Assembly (NCBI GenBank): GCA_051531935.1
Contig: JAOPTR010000016.1
Span: forward strand, 420,697 to 484,696
Source of the DNA: Hyphomicrobiales bacterium
Lineage (GTDB): Bacteria > Pseudomonadota > Alphaproteobacteria > Rhizobiales > OSC116
DNA length: 64,000 bases
Direction: 5' to 3'
Each line of letters begins with the position of its first letter. The stretch's first letter is position 1. Positions 18,670 to 28,913 of this stretch are shown piece after piece. The translations under genes and the position numbers were made by a program. Below the pieces are notes generated by a model. That model was not told the DNA's origin, made no database searches, and saw only the letters and a list, made by a program, of their open reading frames with translations.

Positions 18670-21462
18670 CTAGAAGTGAACCGATTTTGCATCAATTGGT
18701 TTTTGTAGTGGTGGTGCAAATTTAGTTAGATCAATACCCTCTACAGCGGCGTTATACTCTTCTAACAAAGGTGTTCTACCAAGAATTGCAGAAAGAACCA
18801 CAACTGGGGTTGAAGCTAGTAAAGATTCGCCTTTTTTGTCTTTAGAATCTTCAACGACTCTGCCTTCGAAAAGACGCGTTGAAGTGGCTAAAACCGTATC
18901 GCCTTTTTCGGCTTTTTCTTGGTTACCCATGCATAAATTACAGCCTGGGCGTTCTAAATATAGAATATTTTCATATTCAACACGGGCAGTGTTTTTAGGC
19001 GCGCTATCATCAAATTCGAAGCCAGAATACTTTTGCAGAACGCTCCACTCGCCTTCTGCTTTTAACTCGTCAATAATGTTGTAAGTTGGTGCAGCAACAA
19101 CCAAAGGAGCTTTAAACTCTACTTTACCCTGTTTCTTTTCTAGGTTTCTAAGCATTTGAGACACGATGATCAAATCGCCTTTATGAACCATACATGAGCC
19201 AACGAAACCTAGGTCTACTTTTTTCTCGCCTTTATAGTAAGAAATAGGTCTGATTGTGTCATGAGTATAACGTTTTGATACGTCAATATTGTTCACATCA
19301 GGGTCTGCAATCATAGGCTCATTAATTTCGTCGAGATCTATGACGACTTCGGCAAAATATTTGGCATTATCATCAGGCGTCAAAGCTGGTTTCTCGCCAG
19401 ATTTAATTTCTGAAATGCGTTTTTCTGCAATTTTGATAAGTCCATTTAGGGTTTGAGCTGGGTTTTCCATGCCCTTATCAATCATAATTTGAATACGCTT
19501 TTTAGCGATTTCAAGCGATGCAATAAGAGTGTCATCTTCGGAAATACAGATGGAAGCTTTTGCTTTCATCTCTGCTGACCAGTCAGTAAACGTGAAGGCT
19601 TGGTCGGCAAGTAATGTACCGATATGCACTTCAATAATTCTACCTTGGAAAACATTGTCTCCGAATTGCTTTAGCATTTGTGACTGTGTTGCATGAACAA
19701 CATCACGGAAATCCATATTATCTTTCATGGCTCCTTTAAAGGTCACTTTCACAGATTCTGGAATTGGCATGCTGGCTTCACCTGTCGCCAATGCGAGGGC
19801 TACGGTTCCAGAGTCAGCACCAAAAGCAACGCCTTTTGACATGCGGGTATGCGAGTCGCCACCAATAATAATCGCCCAGTCATCAACTGTAATATCGTTC
19901 AAAACCTTATGGATTACATCCGTCATTGGCTTATAAACATTTTTGGGGTCACGCGCAGTGATAAGGCCAAACTTATTCATAAAGCTCATAAGTTTTGGAA
20001 TGTTTTCTTGCGCTTTAAAATCCCAAACTGAGGCGGTATGACAACCAGATTGGTAAGCGCCATCAACGATTGGGGAAATAACTGTAGCGGCCATAGCCTC
20101 TAGCTCTTGAGCTGTCATTAAACCAGTTGTATCTTGCGAGCCAACAATATTAACTTCAACTTTAACGTCAGAACCTGCATGTAGAATGGCGCCCTTGGCC
20201 ACACCAACTGCATTTTTATTGAAAATTTTCTCAACTGCTGTGAGGCCCTGCCCCTTGTGAGAAACCTCTTTAGAAGCCGCAAACACAGACGGTGTTTCAA
20301 TATTAAGTGTTGAAGCCGCAAAATTTTGAAGTTTTTTGCCAAAAACAATTGCGTATGAGCCGCCAGCATTTATGAATTCTAATTTTTGCGGGGTTAAGGC
20401 TGATGAAATGTCGGCATGTTCTTGATCGCCACTTTCATTATACAATTTTTTCGTTTTGGTATTGATAGTCAAAACGGTTCCGGTTTCTACTGAATATTTT
20501 TCTACGAGAACTGGATCACCATTATTGTTTATGATCGGGTTACCTTCAGAATCTAACTTTTTAACCCAATTTTTTAAGTCGATTCCGATGCCGCCAGTTA
20601 CGCCCACTGTGGTTAGGAAAATTGGTGAAATGCCGTTTGTACCGCCAACAATTGGGGCAATATTTACGAAAGGCACATATTTACTTGCTTGTTTACCTGT
20701 CCACAAAGCAACATTATTAACGCCAGACATTCTTGATGAACCCACGCCCATTGTGCCTTTTTCAGCAATCAACATAACGCGTGCGTTTGGATTTTGTTTT
20801 TGTAGCTCTTGTATTTCTGCCTGTGCTTTTGGAGAAATCATACATTTACCATGCAGCTCGCGGTCGGCACGAGAATGCGCTTGGTTGCCTGGTGATAATA
20901 GGTCTGTAGAAATATCGCCAATGCCAGCTATGTAGGTAACAATTTGAATTTTTTCATCAATGTCAGGTAGTTTTGTATAGAATTCAGCTTTTGCATAGCT
21001 TTCTAGAATGTCTTTTGCAGCTTCATTACCATCTTGGTAGGCCACTTTAAGGCGTTCCATATCTGCATCATATAGAAAAACTTGAGTTTTAAGTATGTCG
21101 GCAGCTTGTTGGGCGATAGAAAGGTCGTCACCTAATGCCAAATCTAGAAGGACATCAACAGATGGCCCGCCTTTCATATGAGATAGGAGCTCATAGGCAT
21201 AGGTTACAGAAATTTCTTCTACAACCGAGCTACCCAAAATGATTTCTTTTAGAAATTGAGCTTTTTCGCCAGCAGCGCTTGTGGTGCCTGGCAAAGTATT
21301 ATAAATGAAGAAATTGAGAGAACCTTCACGATACTCATTTTTTAGATCTTTGATCTGAGAAATTAGCTCGCTTACTAGTGCGGCATCTTCAATAGGCTTG
21401 GGATGCAATCCTTGTTTTTTACGAGTTTCGATTTCAGTTAAGTAGTCTGTATATAAGCTCAT
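18670..21462 (-). CDS. acnB: Bifunctional aconitate hydratase 2 / 2-methylisocitrate dehydratase
   Basis: 930 aa. Collinear with AcnB: the N-terminal HEAT-like domain, GSQDTTG, GGDSHTR, and the GCNLCMGNQ cluster-ligand motifs. Confidence 0.93.
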   Translation of the reverse strand: MSLYTDYLTEIETRKKQGLHPKPIEDAALVSELISQIKDLKNEYREGSLNFFIYNTLPGTTSAAGEKAQFLKEIILGSSVVEEISVTYAYELLSHMKGGPSVDVLLDLALGDDLSIAQQAADILKTQVFLYDADMERLKVAYQDGNEAAKDILESYAKAEFYTKLPDIDEKIQIVTYIAGIGDISTDLLSPGNQAHSRADRELHGKCMISPKAQAEIQELQKQNPNARVMLIAEKGTMGVGSSRMSGVNNVALWTGKQASKYVPFVNIAPIVGGTNGISPIFLTTVGVTGGIGIDLKNWVKKLDSEGNPIINNNGDPVLVEKYSVETGTVLTINTKTKKLYNESGDQEHADISSALTPQKLEFINAGGSYAIVFGKKLQNFAASTLNIETPSVFAASKEVSHKGQGLTAVEKIFNKNAVGVAKGAILHAGSDVKVEVNIVGSQDTTGLMTAQELEAMAATVISPIVDGAYQSGCHTASVWDFKAQENIPKLMSFMNKFGLITARDPKNVYKPMTDVIHKVLNDITVDDWAIIIGGDSHTRMSKGVAFGADSGTVALALATGEASMPIPESVKVTFKGAMKDNMDFRDVVHATQSQMLKQFGDNVFQGRIIEVHIGTLLADQAFTFTDWSAEMKAKASICISEDDTLIASLEIAKKRIQIMIDKGMENPAQTLNGLIKIAEKRISEIKSGEKPALTPDDNAKYFAEVVIDLDEINEPMIADPDVNNIDVSKRYTHDTIRPISYYKGEKKVDLGFVGSCMVHKGDLIIVSQMLRNLEKKQGKVEFKAPLVVAAPTYNIIDELKAEGEWSVLQKYSGFEFDDSAPKNTARVEYENILYLERPGCNLCMGNQEKAEKGDTVLATSTRLFEGRVVEDSKDKKGESLLASTPVVVLSAILGRTPLLEEYNAAVEGIDLTKFAPPLQKPIDAKSVHF

Positions 21463-21722
21463 GGCTATCCCGATATATTAGTGTTAGCTTAGCTTGAACG
21501 CTTGGCATCGGATATCTCTGGCGCGCGGGGACAAGCTTGTTGTTTTGTTACACTGAATCGAGATTGGTTGCAAGATTTTCGACAGTAAATTTGTGCATTT
21601 TCTCTAATGTTTTGAGCATTTTTTCTGTGTTTTGAGCCTAAAAAGACCAAAATATTTTCATTAAAAATACATTACCATTAATTTAAGCAGGTGAATAAAT
21701 GAAAAACTAACTTAACTTTCCG

Positions 21723-21753
21723 CAAGACATTATTGTCTTGATTTTATTTTTTT
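21723..21753 (+). terminator. Orphan terminator-like hairpin in the AT-rich spacer
   Basis: caagaca-ttat-tgtcttg followed by attttatttttttg. No ORF lies upstream on this strand. Confidence 0.35.
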
Positions 21754-22094
21754 GAGGCAAACAAAATTTTGATCATTCTAGATAAGAACGATCTTAAAAA
21801 TCAACTTATCTTATTGATTTACAACTGTAAATTATCAAATTAAGATAAATTTATAAAAACTTATTATTGATGCCTAAAAAGGCATCAAAGGCGTTGTCGA
21901 TTATTCATTACTTCTCAAAGAAATTTGTATACGATCTGAATTTTGGCTGAGTTTGATCTGGTAAACAATTTGCAATACATAGAGACTTGTAAATTCAGGA
22001 CTAAAAGACTAGTTTTGTTTAAATATTTTGAAGTAAGCATTTTTAAATTAGAAATAAAATAGCATTGAAAAAACCATGACTATTTTAATACAAT

Positions 22095-22988
22095 ATGAGA
22101 AAAAAAGAGGATCATAAATTGTTTATGGGAAAAAGATTTTTTTTTATCATAAAATCACTTTCAATCATTCTTAGTTTAGGCTTTGGGCTTTATGTGATTT
22201 ATTCTCCACATAGTGTTTCTGAAAAAAAATTCTGGACATTAGGTTATCCCAAGTTAGCGACACAAGACCATGATTTTCCAAATTTGTTTTTCCATACAAA
22301 AAAAGAAGTGAGTGCTTATTTATATAAAAATTACAATTCTAGAGCAATGATTGAGGAGTTTCTTATTTTTGCTTTAAGCCATTTTCATTGCGTCCATCCG
22401 GTAACAAAAAATTGCGATGAATTTAGATTTCATGAGATGAAAAAGAAATATTATTTTTATGTAAATCTGGAAATGACTGAAGACGAAATTAAAAAACACA
22501 ATATAAACTTGAATGCTATCGAACACAGAATAAACAAAATGTTCTTAATCTATGTTGCAATGAAAATCCCTAAACTGCCTCCCAAATTAATTTTTATTTA
22601 TGAAGAAAATAGTGCAGATGTCATTTTTAATATTTCACTAAATAAAAATATAGCAATTAATTCGAAGGCTAAATCTGACCATTGTACTATACAAAAAACT
22701 ATTGAAAGCAATGTTTTAACGAGGGCTACAATTTCTTTTTTAAATACGAATTTTGGACAAGACAAATATTTTGGGTATTGTGAATCGAAGATACCAATGA
22801 ATTTTTATGACATCTTTGCCCTAACAGTTGCACGTAAAGACCTGCCTGAAAAAGATGACGCTATTTACTTAGGAATTGCTACTGAATATTATAGGTGGCT
22901 AGCCATAAATGGTAAAAGCCCAAAAAATAAAAATGAACTAACTCGGTCCGTCAATGATTACTTGGACTTTATATACATCCAATTTTAG
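22095..22988 (+). CDS. Hypothetical membrane-anchored protein, 297 aa (orphan, very AT-rich)
   Basis: Long ORF with an N-terminal TM helix (FFFIIKSLSIILSLGFGLYVIY). No motif recognised. The true start may be the ATG 10 codons in. Confidence 0.5.
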   Translation: MRKKEDHKLFMGKRFFFIIKSLSIILSLGFGLYVIYSPHSVSEKKFWTLGYPKLATQDHDFPNLFFHTKKEVSAYLYKNYNSRAMIEEFLIFALSHFHCVHPVTKNCDEFRFHEMKKKYYFYVNLEMTEDEIKKHNINLNAIEHRINKMFLIYVAMKIPKLPPKLIFIYEENSADVIFNISLNKNIAINSKAKSDHCTIQKTIESNVLTRATISFLNTNFGQDKYFGYCESKIPMNFYDIFALTVARKDLPEKDDAIYLGIATEYYRWLAINGKSPKNKNELTRSVNDYLDFIYIQF

Positions 22989-23146
22989 TAGGCTGAACCA
23001 CCTCCTTGTGCATTTAACTTACTCCTTTGAAGTGCAATTAGCTTTGTGCTTTATTGGATTTCAGTATAAAAATGACTATCCAAAGGATGGGACAGGTTTA
23101 TACTCTTGTACAATACTCTAAATCATATGAATAAACGGGGCTTTAC

Positions 23147-24970
23147 ATGGTGTTGAAAAACCAAGTTATGAATGATGGGACGGTATTGTCTACTCATATT
23201 TTTGAGCCTACCGGCAAACAACATCGTGGTGTTGCGGTAGCGACAAATAGCCAAGCACAACATATTCTTAACTTGGCACCAACACTTTCTGGATTGGCAA
23301 AACATGGCTGGCAGGTGCATGGTGTTGATTTACGTGGACACGGAAGATCGACTTCCAACGCTGCGCCCCTTGCGCATATGGAAATTAACCAGGGCTGGGA
23401 ATTATTAATATCGGATTTCAAACAATCCCTTGAATTGGCTTTTGCGGGCGTGCCGTGGGAAGATAGACTGGTGGTAGCTCCCAATATTGGCGCGCCATTA
23501 TTGTTGGAGGTGTTAAAGGAGTGGCCAGATTTAGCCAAACGGCTTGTTATGATTTCGCCACCATCTGACCAACCCATTTTAAACCGTTTGGCGCGTAGTT
23601 TTATGAAGGTTCGCTTGTTATTTAACCCCGCGGATAAACCAGATGAACTGACAATGCACCAGATGTATTTGTTTTTAAGCGCTCAATTAAAAGACCGAAA
23701 ACGGCTAATTGATATTGTGTCCTCTGATCGTCAATTTACCGATATGTTGTTAAATGACAAATTGGCGTGGCCAACGCCAACAACTGGGTATTTTTACGAG
23801 ATGTTTAGGGGTATTGAGCAGGCTTGGAAGCAAGTGCCTAACCTTTCACTTAGAAAAGGAACTGAATTGCTGGTTATCTACGGCAACGACGATCCGATGA
23901 CCGCAAGCGGAAAATTTGTTAAAAATATTTCTAATCATTTCAACAAAATGGGGCTTACAAGCTTTTCGAGCCATTGTATAGAAGGTGGCCGTTCGGGGCT
24001 GTTTTCAGAAGATGAGCGGTTTAACATATCTGGCGCGATTTCCGATTGGGCCTCTACGGAAAACCGCGAAACATCTGGCGAGTATTTTGAACAAGAAAAT
24101 GAAAAATTTGAGAATATTAGCACCAGTGTATTGGAAAATTTAGGCATCAAAGAATACGAACAAGAATTAACGCCCGACGCTTTGGTCGAGCTTTGTTATA
24201 ATGCGATTGATGACGAAAACCGTTGGATAGAAATGTTATATAAATTTGCCTTTGCTTTGTCTGATGACAAAGGGTTGAGCAATAGCCAACTCGAAACCTT
24301 GGTTAGCGTGTTAATGCCTCATTGGGATCGATCGCATAAGTTGAATCGTCAGATCTTAAACAATGCGGTTATTGGTGCGGTGTTGCAAAATGTTATTGAT
24401 AGGTTTGAAATCGGGTTGGCAATTCTAGATTCTGATTTTAACATTGTTTATGCAAATTCTTCGTTCTCTCAAGCACTTGATATTTTATCGACTGACCAGC
24501 CAGCAAATACTGACGAACCAAACAAACAAGCTCTAACGACCCGATTAATGCCCCACCTTTCAAGTTCTTTTCTTTCGACGGCCAGTGGCGAAAATGAAGA
24601 AGCGGTGTTGGTTGTGAATGACAAAGTTGTTGGTTTTTACTTTAAACCATCGGCACTTAAACAGACTGCGCTTAATAAAGGCGGGGCTTCTGGTGCGCTT
24701 ATTCTGCATGGAATTATAGACGATAGACAAGATACCCAGCACATAAAACAACAAATTTTAGAATTTGCGTATGGAATGACATCAAAAGAAGCGCAAGTTG
24801 CATATTATATAATTAGCGGAAAATCGCCTGCTTATATTTCTGAGAAAATGAATGTTTCTATTCATACAACCCGAACCCACCTAAAGCGAGTATTTGATAA
24901 AGCTTCGGTGCAAGGGCAATCTGAGTTAATCGCCAAAATGTTAAACAGTCCGTTTGGGCTTTTGCGCTAA
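23147..24970 (+). CDS. One-component regulator: degenerate alpha/beta-hydrolase fold + PAS-like segment + LuxR-type HTH
   Basis: The N-terminus fits lysophospholipase-like hydrolases (VHGVDLRGHGRS), but the nucleophile elbow reads VVAPNIGAP instead of G-H-S-x-G. The middle has LAILDSDFNIVYANSSF (PAS-like). The C-terminus MTSKEAQVAYYIISGKSPAYISEKMNVSIHTTRTHLKRVFDK is a LuxR/GerE HTH. Confidence 0.75.
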   Translation: MVLKNQVMNDGTVLSTHIFEPTGKQHRGVAVATNSQAQHILNLAPTLSGLAKHGWQVHGVDLRGHGRSTSNAAPLAHMEINQGWELLISDFKQSLELAFAGVPWEDRLVVAPNIGAPLLLEVLKEWPDLAKRLVMISPPSDQPILNRLARSFMKVRLLFNPADKPDELTMHQMYLFLSAQLKDRKRLIDIVSSDRQFTDMLLNDKLAWPTPTTGYFYEMFRGIEQAWKQVPNLSLRKGTELLVIYGNDDPMTASGKFVKNISNHFNKMGLTSFSSHCIEGGRSGLFSEDERFNISGAISDWASTENRETSGEYFEQENEKFENISTSVLENLGIKEYEQELTPDALVELCYNAIDDENRWIEMLYKFAFALSDDKGLSNSQLETLVSVLMPHWDRSHKLNRQILNNAVIGAVLQNVIDRFEIGLAILDSDFNIVYANSSFSQALDILSTDQPANTDEPNKQALTTRLMPHLSSSFLSTASGENEEAVLVVNDKVVGFYFKPSALKQTALNKGGASGALILHGIIDDRQDTQHIKQQILEFAYGMTSKEAQVAYYIISGKSPAYISEKMNVSIHTTRTHLKRVFDKASVQGQSELIAKMLNSPFGLLR

Positions 24971-25086
24971 CCACATTATGCACCACCGCATTAAATTATG
25001 CTTGGGCAATGAAATACCACCGTCTCACTCATATGGGTGACGCCAAGCCATATTGGAGAATGTACTGCTAAGGCTACATTTAACTT

Positions 25087-27474
25087 TTGGGGTGCAATGA
25101 AGTGAATATACTTAGCGATAATTTTAAACGTCATAATCAAAAAAATATAAAATCAAATTTATTCAAGCTCACAAGTGTTGGGATTTTAGCCTCTGCTCTG
25201 GCAGCTTGCGGCACTGAATCGGGTGTTTTTATAATTGGCAATACCACAGAAGATGAGACTTTAAGCGCAATTTTCAAGATTAGTGGTGCGACTGTCGACA
25301 GCTATCAATGGCAGCGCAACGGGGTTGATATATCTGGTGCGACCCAAACAACTTATGCGCTAAAACAAGAAGATGTTGGCGCAAATATTACGGTAACTGC
25401 AAAATATACAGATGAAAGCGGCACTGCCGAAACGGCAAGCAGCGCTGCCACAATAGCAATTGTAAATGTAAACGACACACCAATGGGTTCGGTGAGTATT
25501 AGCGGCAATATCACCGAAGGTGACACCCTCACAGCAAACCATAATATTAGTGACGAAGATGGTTTGGGAACAATAAGCTACCAATGGCAACGTGATGGAA
25601 CCGATATATCTGGCGCTACCGATGCCATTTATGAACTTGTGAATGACGATGTTGGCACAGCAGTCAGAGCTGTGGCAAAGTATAAAGATAAAATGGGAAC
25701 AGATGAAACCGTAACAAGTGCCGCAACTGGTGAAGTTGAAGAATATGACCGCGTCGAAATTAGTAGTGAAATTAAAGAAGGCGAGACTTTAACCGCTACA
25801 GTTCGAGATAAAGAAGGGCTAGGCACTATCAGCTATCAATGGCAACGAGGTGGGGTTGATATATCTGGCGCAACCAATGCCACTTATGTGCTGAGCGCAG
25901 ATGATGTGGGCAGCCAAATTAGGGTGATTGCGAGCTATACCGACGGAGTAGGCACGGCTGAAGTTTTAACAAGTAATGTGAGCAATATAATCCATGTCGA
26001 TGGTGTGATGAATATTTCTGAATTAAATGGAAATAATGGTTTTGCGATATTTGGTGCCACGAAAAACGACCATAGCGGTGATTCTGTCTCTAGTGCAGGT
26101 GATGTAAACGGGGATGGATATGCTGATATAATTATCGGCGCATCACCAGCTGATTATGCGGGTAGTAACTCGGGCAGTGGTTATGTGGTTTTTGGCAAAG
26201 CAAGTGGATTTGCGGCAGCCTCTGATTTGGGTGATCTTGATGGCACAGATGGGTTTAGGCTAGATGGGGCTTCATCCTCCGACTATAGCAGCGGCCGTGT
26301 ATCTAACGCAGGGGACATAAATGGCGATGGTTATGATGATTTAATTGTTGGAGCAAGAGGAGCAGATGATGGTGGAAGCAACAGCGGTAGCAGCTATTTG
26401 ATATTTGGCAAAGCAGATGGATTTGCGCCAATTGCAAGTTTGGCCGACCTCAATGGACTAAACGGCTTTCGGTTAGACGGAGGTGCTGCAGGTGATAATT
26501 CGGGGTGGATAATTTCGAATGCAGGCGATGTAAATGCTGATGGTTTTGATGACTTGATTATTGGAGCGCCCTATGCAGATGATGAGGATACCAATGCTGG
26601 CAGTAGCTATGTGGTGTTTGGCAAAGCTGATGGGTTTAGCGCCACCATGAGCCTCTCGGCATTAGATGGCACAAATGGGTATATGATATCTGCCGAGGCT
26701 GCCGCAGATCATTTTGGTGATTCTGTTGCGAATGCTGGCGATGTGAACGGTGATGGCTTTGATGATGTAATCATTGGGGCTAGAGATGCTGATAATGGAG
26801 GTTCAAATAGCGGCAGCAGTTATGTGGTGTTTGGCAAAGCTGATGGTTTTAGCGCCGCCATGAGTGCCAATGACCTTGATGGTTCAAATGGCTTTCGGTT
26901 AGATGGCGTTAATATAGATGATATTAGTGGCTCATCTGTATCTAGTGCCGGTGATGTAAATGGTGATGGATATGATGATTTAATAATTGGCGCTGAAGAG
27001 GCTGACAATGGAAATACCGACAGCGGCAGCAGCTATGTGGTGTTTGGCAAAGCCGATGGGTTTGGCGCAAGTATGAGCCTTGCTTCACTTGACGGTACAA
27101 CTGGATTCAGAATAGATGGAATCGCACTCAATGAGAAAAGTGGTATTTCAGTTTCTAGTGCTGGTGACATAAATAATGACGGGTACGATGATATGATTAT
27201 TGGCGCAAAAAACAGTAGCGCTTATGTATTATTTGGAAAGCTTGATGGGTTTGATGCGACGATTGACCTAGCTAGTCTTGATGGTGATGGAGGTTTTAAA
27301 ATAGATGGCGACGTATTATTTGGCTTTTCAGTTTCCAGTGCTGGTGATGTAAACGGTGATGGTTATGATGACTTATTAGTTGGTGATTATCTTGCATCAG
27401 GTATTGCAGCTGATACCAGTATTGCGGGCGCTAGTTATATAATATTCGGCGGGGAACAATTTGATTTATTGTAA
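25087..27474 (+). CDS. Surface/secreted lipoprotein: 3 Ig-like repeats + 7 FG-GAP (integrin-alpha-like) propeller blades
   Basis: Lipobox LAAC after a basic n-region. There are three repeats of ISYQWQR-G-DISGAT...Y-L...DVG...YTD. There are seven AGD(V/I)N(G/A/N)DG(Y/F)DD...GSSYVVFGKADGF blades. The start codon is uncertain (TTG 25087 or GTG 25102). Confidence 0.8.
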   Translation: MGCNEVNILSDNFKRHNQKNIKSNLFKLTSVGILASALAACGTESGVFIIGNTTEDETLSAIFKISGATVDSYQWQRNGVDISGATQTTYALKQEDVGANITVTAKYTDESGTAETASSAATIAIVNVNDTPMGSVSISGNITEGDTLTANHNISDEDGLGTISYQWQRDGTDISGATDAIYELVNDDVGTAVRAVAKYKDKMGTDETVTSAATGEVEEYDRVEISSEIKEGETLTATVRDKEGLGTISYQWQRGGVDISGATNATYVLSADDVGSQIRVIASYTDGVGTAEVLTSNVSNIIHVDGVMNISELNGNNGFAIFGATKNDHSGDSVSSAGDVNGDGYADIIIGASPADYAGSNSGSGYVVFGKASGFAAASDLGDLDGTDGFRLDGASSSDYSSGRVSNAGDINGDGYDDLIVGARGADDGGSNSGSSYLIFGKADGFAPIASLADLNGLNGFRLDGGAAGDNSGWIISNAGDVNADGFDDLIIGAPYADDEDTNAGSSYVVFGKADGFSATMSLSALDGTNGYMISAEAAADHFGDSVANAGDVNGDGFDDVIIGARDADNGGSNSGSSYVVFGKADGFSAAMSANDLDGSNGFRLDGVNIDDISGSSVSSAGDVNGDGYDDLIIGAEEADNGNTDSGSSYVVFGKADGFGASMSLASLDGTTGFRIDGIALNEKSGISVSSAGDINNDGYDDMIIGAKNSSAYVLFGKLDGFDATIDLASLDGDGGFKIDGDVLFGFSVSSAGDVNGDGYDDLLVGDYLASGIAADTSIAGASYIIFGGEQFDLL
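25300..25990 (+). repeat. Intragenic tandem repeats (3 Ig-like modules)
   Basis: The agcta(t/c)caatggca(g/a)cg core recurs at 25300, 25576 and 25831 (spacing 276 and 255 bp). Confidence 0.7.
26010..27460 (+). repeat. Intragenic tandem repeats (7 FG-GAP blades, mostly a 213-bp period)
   Basis: The (a/g)g(c/t)tat(g/t)tgg...tttggcaaagc core occurs at 26179, 26392, 26605, 26818 and 27031 (exact 213-bp spacing), then at 27220 and 27433. Confidence 0.75.
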
Positions 27475-27539
27475 GGTAAATATCTAAATATATTGTTTTT
27501 AAATTGTTGACGAACCTGTTGGTTCGCCAATAATCGGAA

Positions 27540-28913
27540 CTAATGAATGAGTGTGAGAACATGCTCAATCATTGTATCATTCTTATTTGTATAATCTTCA
27601 ATCAATATTGGGAAATCTATATCGACAGGTACACCTTTGGCTTCAAATAATTCATCATTTGCAGATAAATATTGCTCGTTTGAAATTGTGCCTATCCAAC
27701 CATTTGGCAATGCCATAAATGATTTATCGGACAGCATGCCATTTGTTGGCTCGCCCACCAAAGACACATTGGGCAATTGCGTCATTGCCAATGCAAAGGT
27801 TTCTGCAGCGCTGATTGTAAGGCGACTTGTGAGTAAATATACCTTGCCCTTATAGGCTGTTTTGGCAGTGGGTATTAACTCAAAGTCCGCAATATGTTCA
27901 AATGCTCCATCCACCCATACGCTCTTTTTAAATACTTTTTGTGACTTATCGGTAAATTGTCCTGCAATCAATAGCCCTGCAGTGTCATCACCACCAAAGT
28001 TAATCCGCGTATCAATGACAATTGTTTTGGTGTCTTTTAGCGCTTCTAAAACTTGAGCAATACCGTTTTTCAAAACTGTTGAATCGCCATTTTCGTCAAT
28101 TAAACCATCAAAAGTTAAAATATTTAGATAACCAACATCTTCTCGTAATTTTCCATAAATCAAAGCATCATTTACAACAGATTTATAACCATCAATCATT
28201 TTAGTTTCTGGTGCTAACATTGCCATTGCAGGCATGTCTTCCTCTTCCAGCCCTTCTGCCCAATCAGGGAGTTTTACGGCTAAGAACTCGCCAACTGTCG
28301 AGATAATGGCCACATGGCCATCACCAAGTGGGGTGATCATTTTTTGAATGATGTCAAATAATTCTTGATCGGTTGTTGAAGCTGTCACTTGCGGGCGAAA
28401 TGTATCATATGCTTTTTGCCAATCAACACCGCGCAATTCGAAGAAAGGGTAATTTTCGTCAAAGGATTGCCAATAAGTTTCAAAAGTATTTATCGGTGTA
28501 TTGCTAGTTGGTACATCGCAGGTTTTTGGCAATTTTGCCACGCGCTCCGCTTGAATCGGGTTAACCTTGCCGACTTCAAAGTTTAGTAGGTTATTTTTTA
28601 AGCTGAGTGAGTAGTTTTCTCCATCGGAATATTGCCCAAGACCCGTAAGTTTTGTGCCTTTTAGCGATGCCTGCTGGCCCGCATACTCGAATTTTTCAGT
28701 CGTTAAAAACTCAACACAGGTGTCTTTTGTGGTTTGATAAACCTTTAAACTATCCTGTTGGACATCGAACCAAAGCGCATATCCCTTTGATTGCCAGATG
28801 CCCGCCAATTCGGAATTTGCGGCTATGGCACTAAACGGTGCTAAGGTCGCGGCGCCTAAACTTGCCATGAACGCAATGGGAATGATTTGATTTTGTTTTA
28901 ATAAATTTAACAT
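27540..28913 (-). CDS. S41-family peptidase (secreted)
   Basis: Signal peptide. VIDTRINFGGDD and LTSRLTISAAETFA fit the S41 oxyanion/Ser regions. 457 aa. Confidence 0.75.
   Translation of the reverse strand: MLNLLKQNQIIPIAFMASLGAATLAPFSAIAANSELAGIWQSKGYALWFDVQQDSLKVYQTTKDTCVEFLTTEKFEYAGQQASLKGTKLTGLGQYSDGENYSLSLKNNLLNFEVGKVNPIQAERVAKLPKTCDVPTSNTPINTFETYWQSFDENYPFFELRGVDWQKAYDTFRPQVTASTTDQELFDIIQKMITPLGDGHVAIISTVGEFLAVKLPDWAEGLEEEDMPAMAMLAPETKMIDGYKSVVNDALIYGKLREDVGYLNILTFDGLIDENGDSTVLKNGIAQVLEALKDTKTIVIDTRINFGGDDTAGLLIAGQFTDKSQKVFKKSVWVDGAFEHIADFELIPTAKTAYKGKVYLLTSRLTISAAETFALAMTQLPNVSLVGEPTNGMLSDKSFMALPNGWIGTISNEQYLSANDELFEAKGVPVDIDFPILIEDYTNKNDTMIEHVLTLIH

Noticed and set aside
20456-20935. 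Long antisense or alternative-frame ORFs in the track. Examples: 20456-20935 in acnB, 41194-41703 in glnE, 53369-53875 in g15, 59200-59718 in the capsid gene, 36632-36900 over the kinase 3' end, and 2-349 opposite the lysozyme.
   Set aside because: They lie wholly inside strongly supported genes and have low-complexity or Ser/Pro/Cys-rich translations with no start signals. They are shadow ORFs.
21868-21889. Palindrome ttgatgcc-taaaaa-ggcatcaa in the AT-rich spacer
   Set aside because: It is not followed by a clear U-tract and is not associated with any gene end. It is noted only as part of the spacer description.
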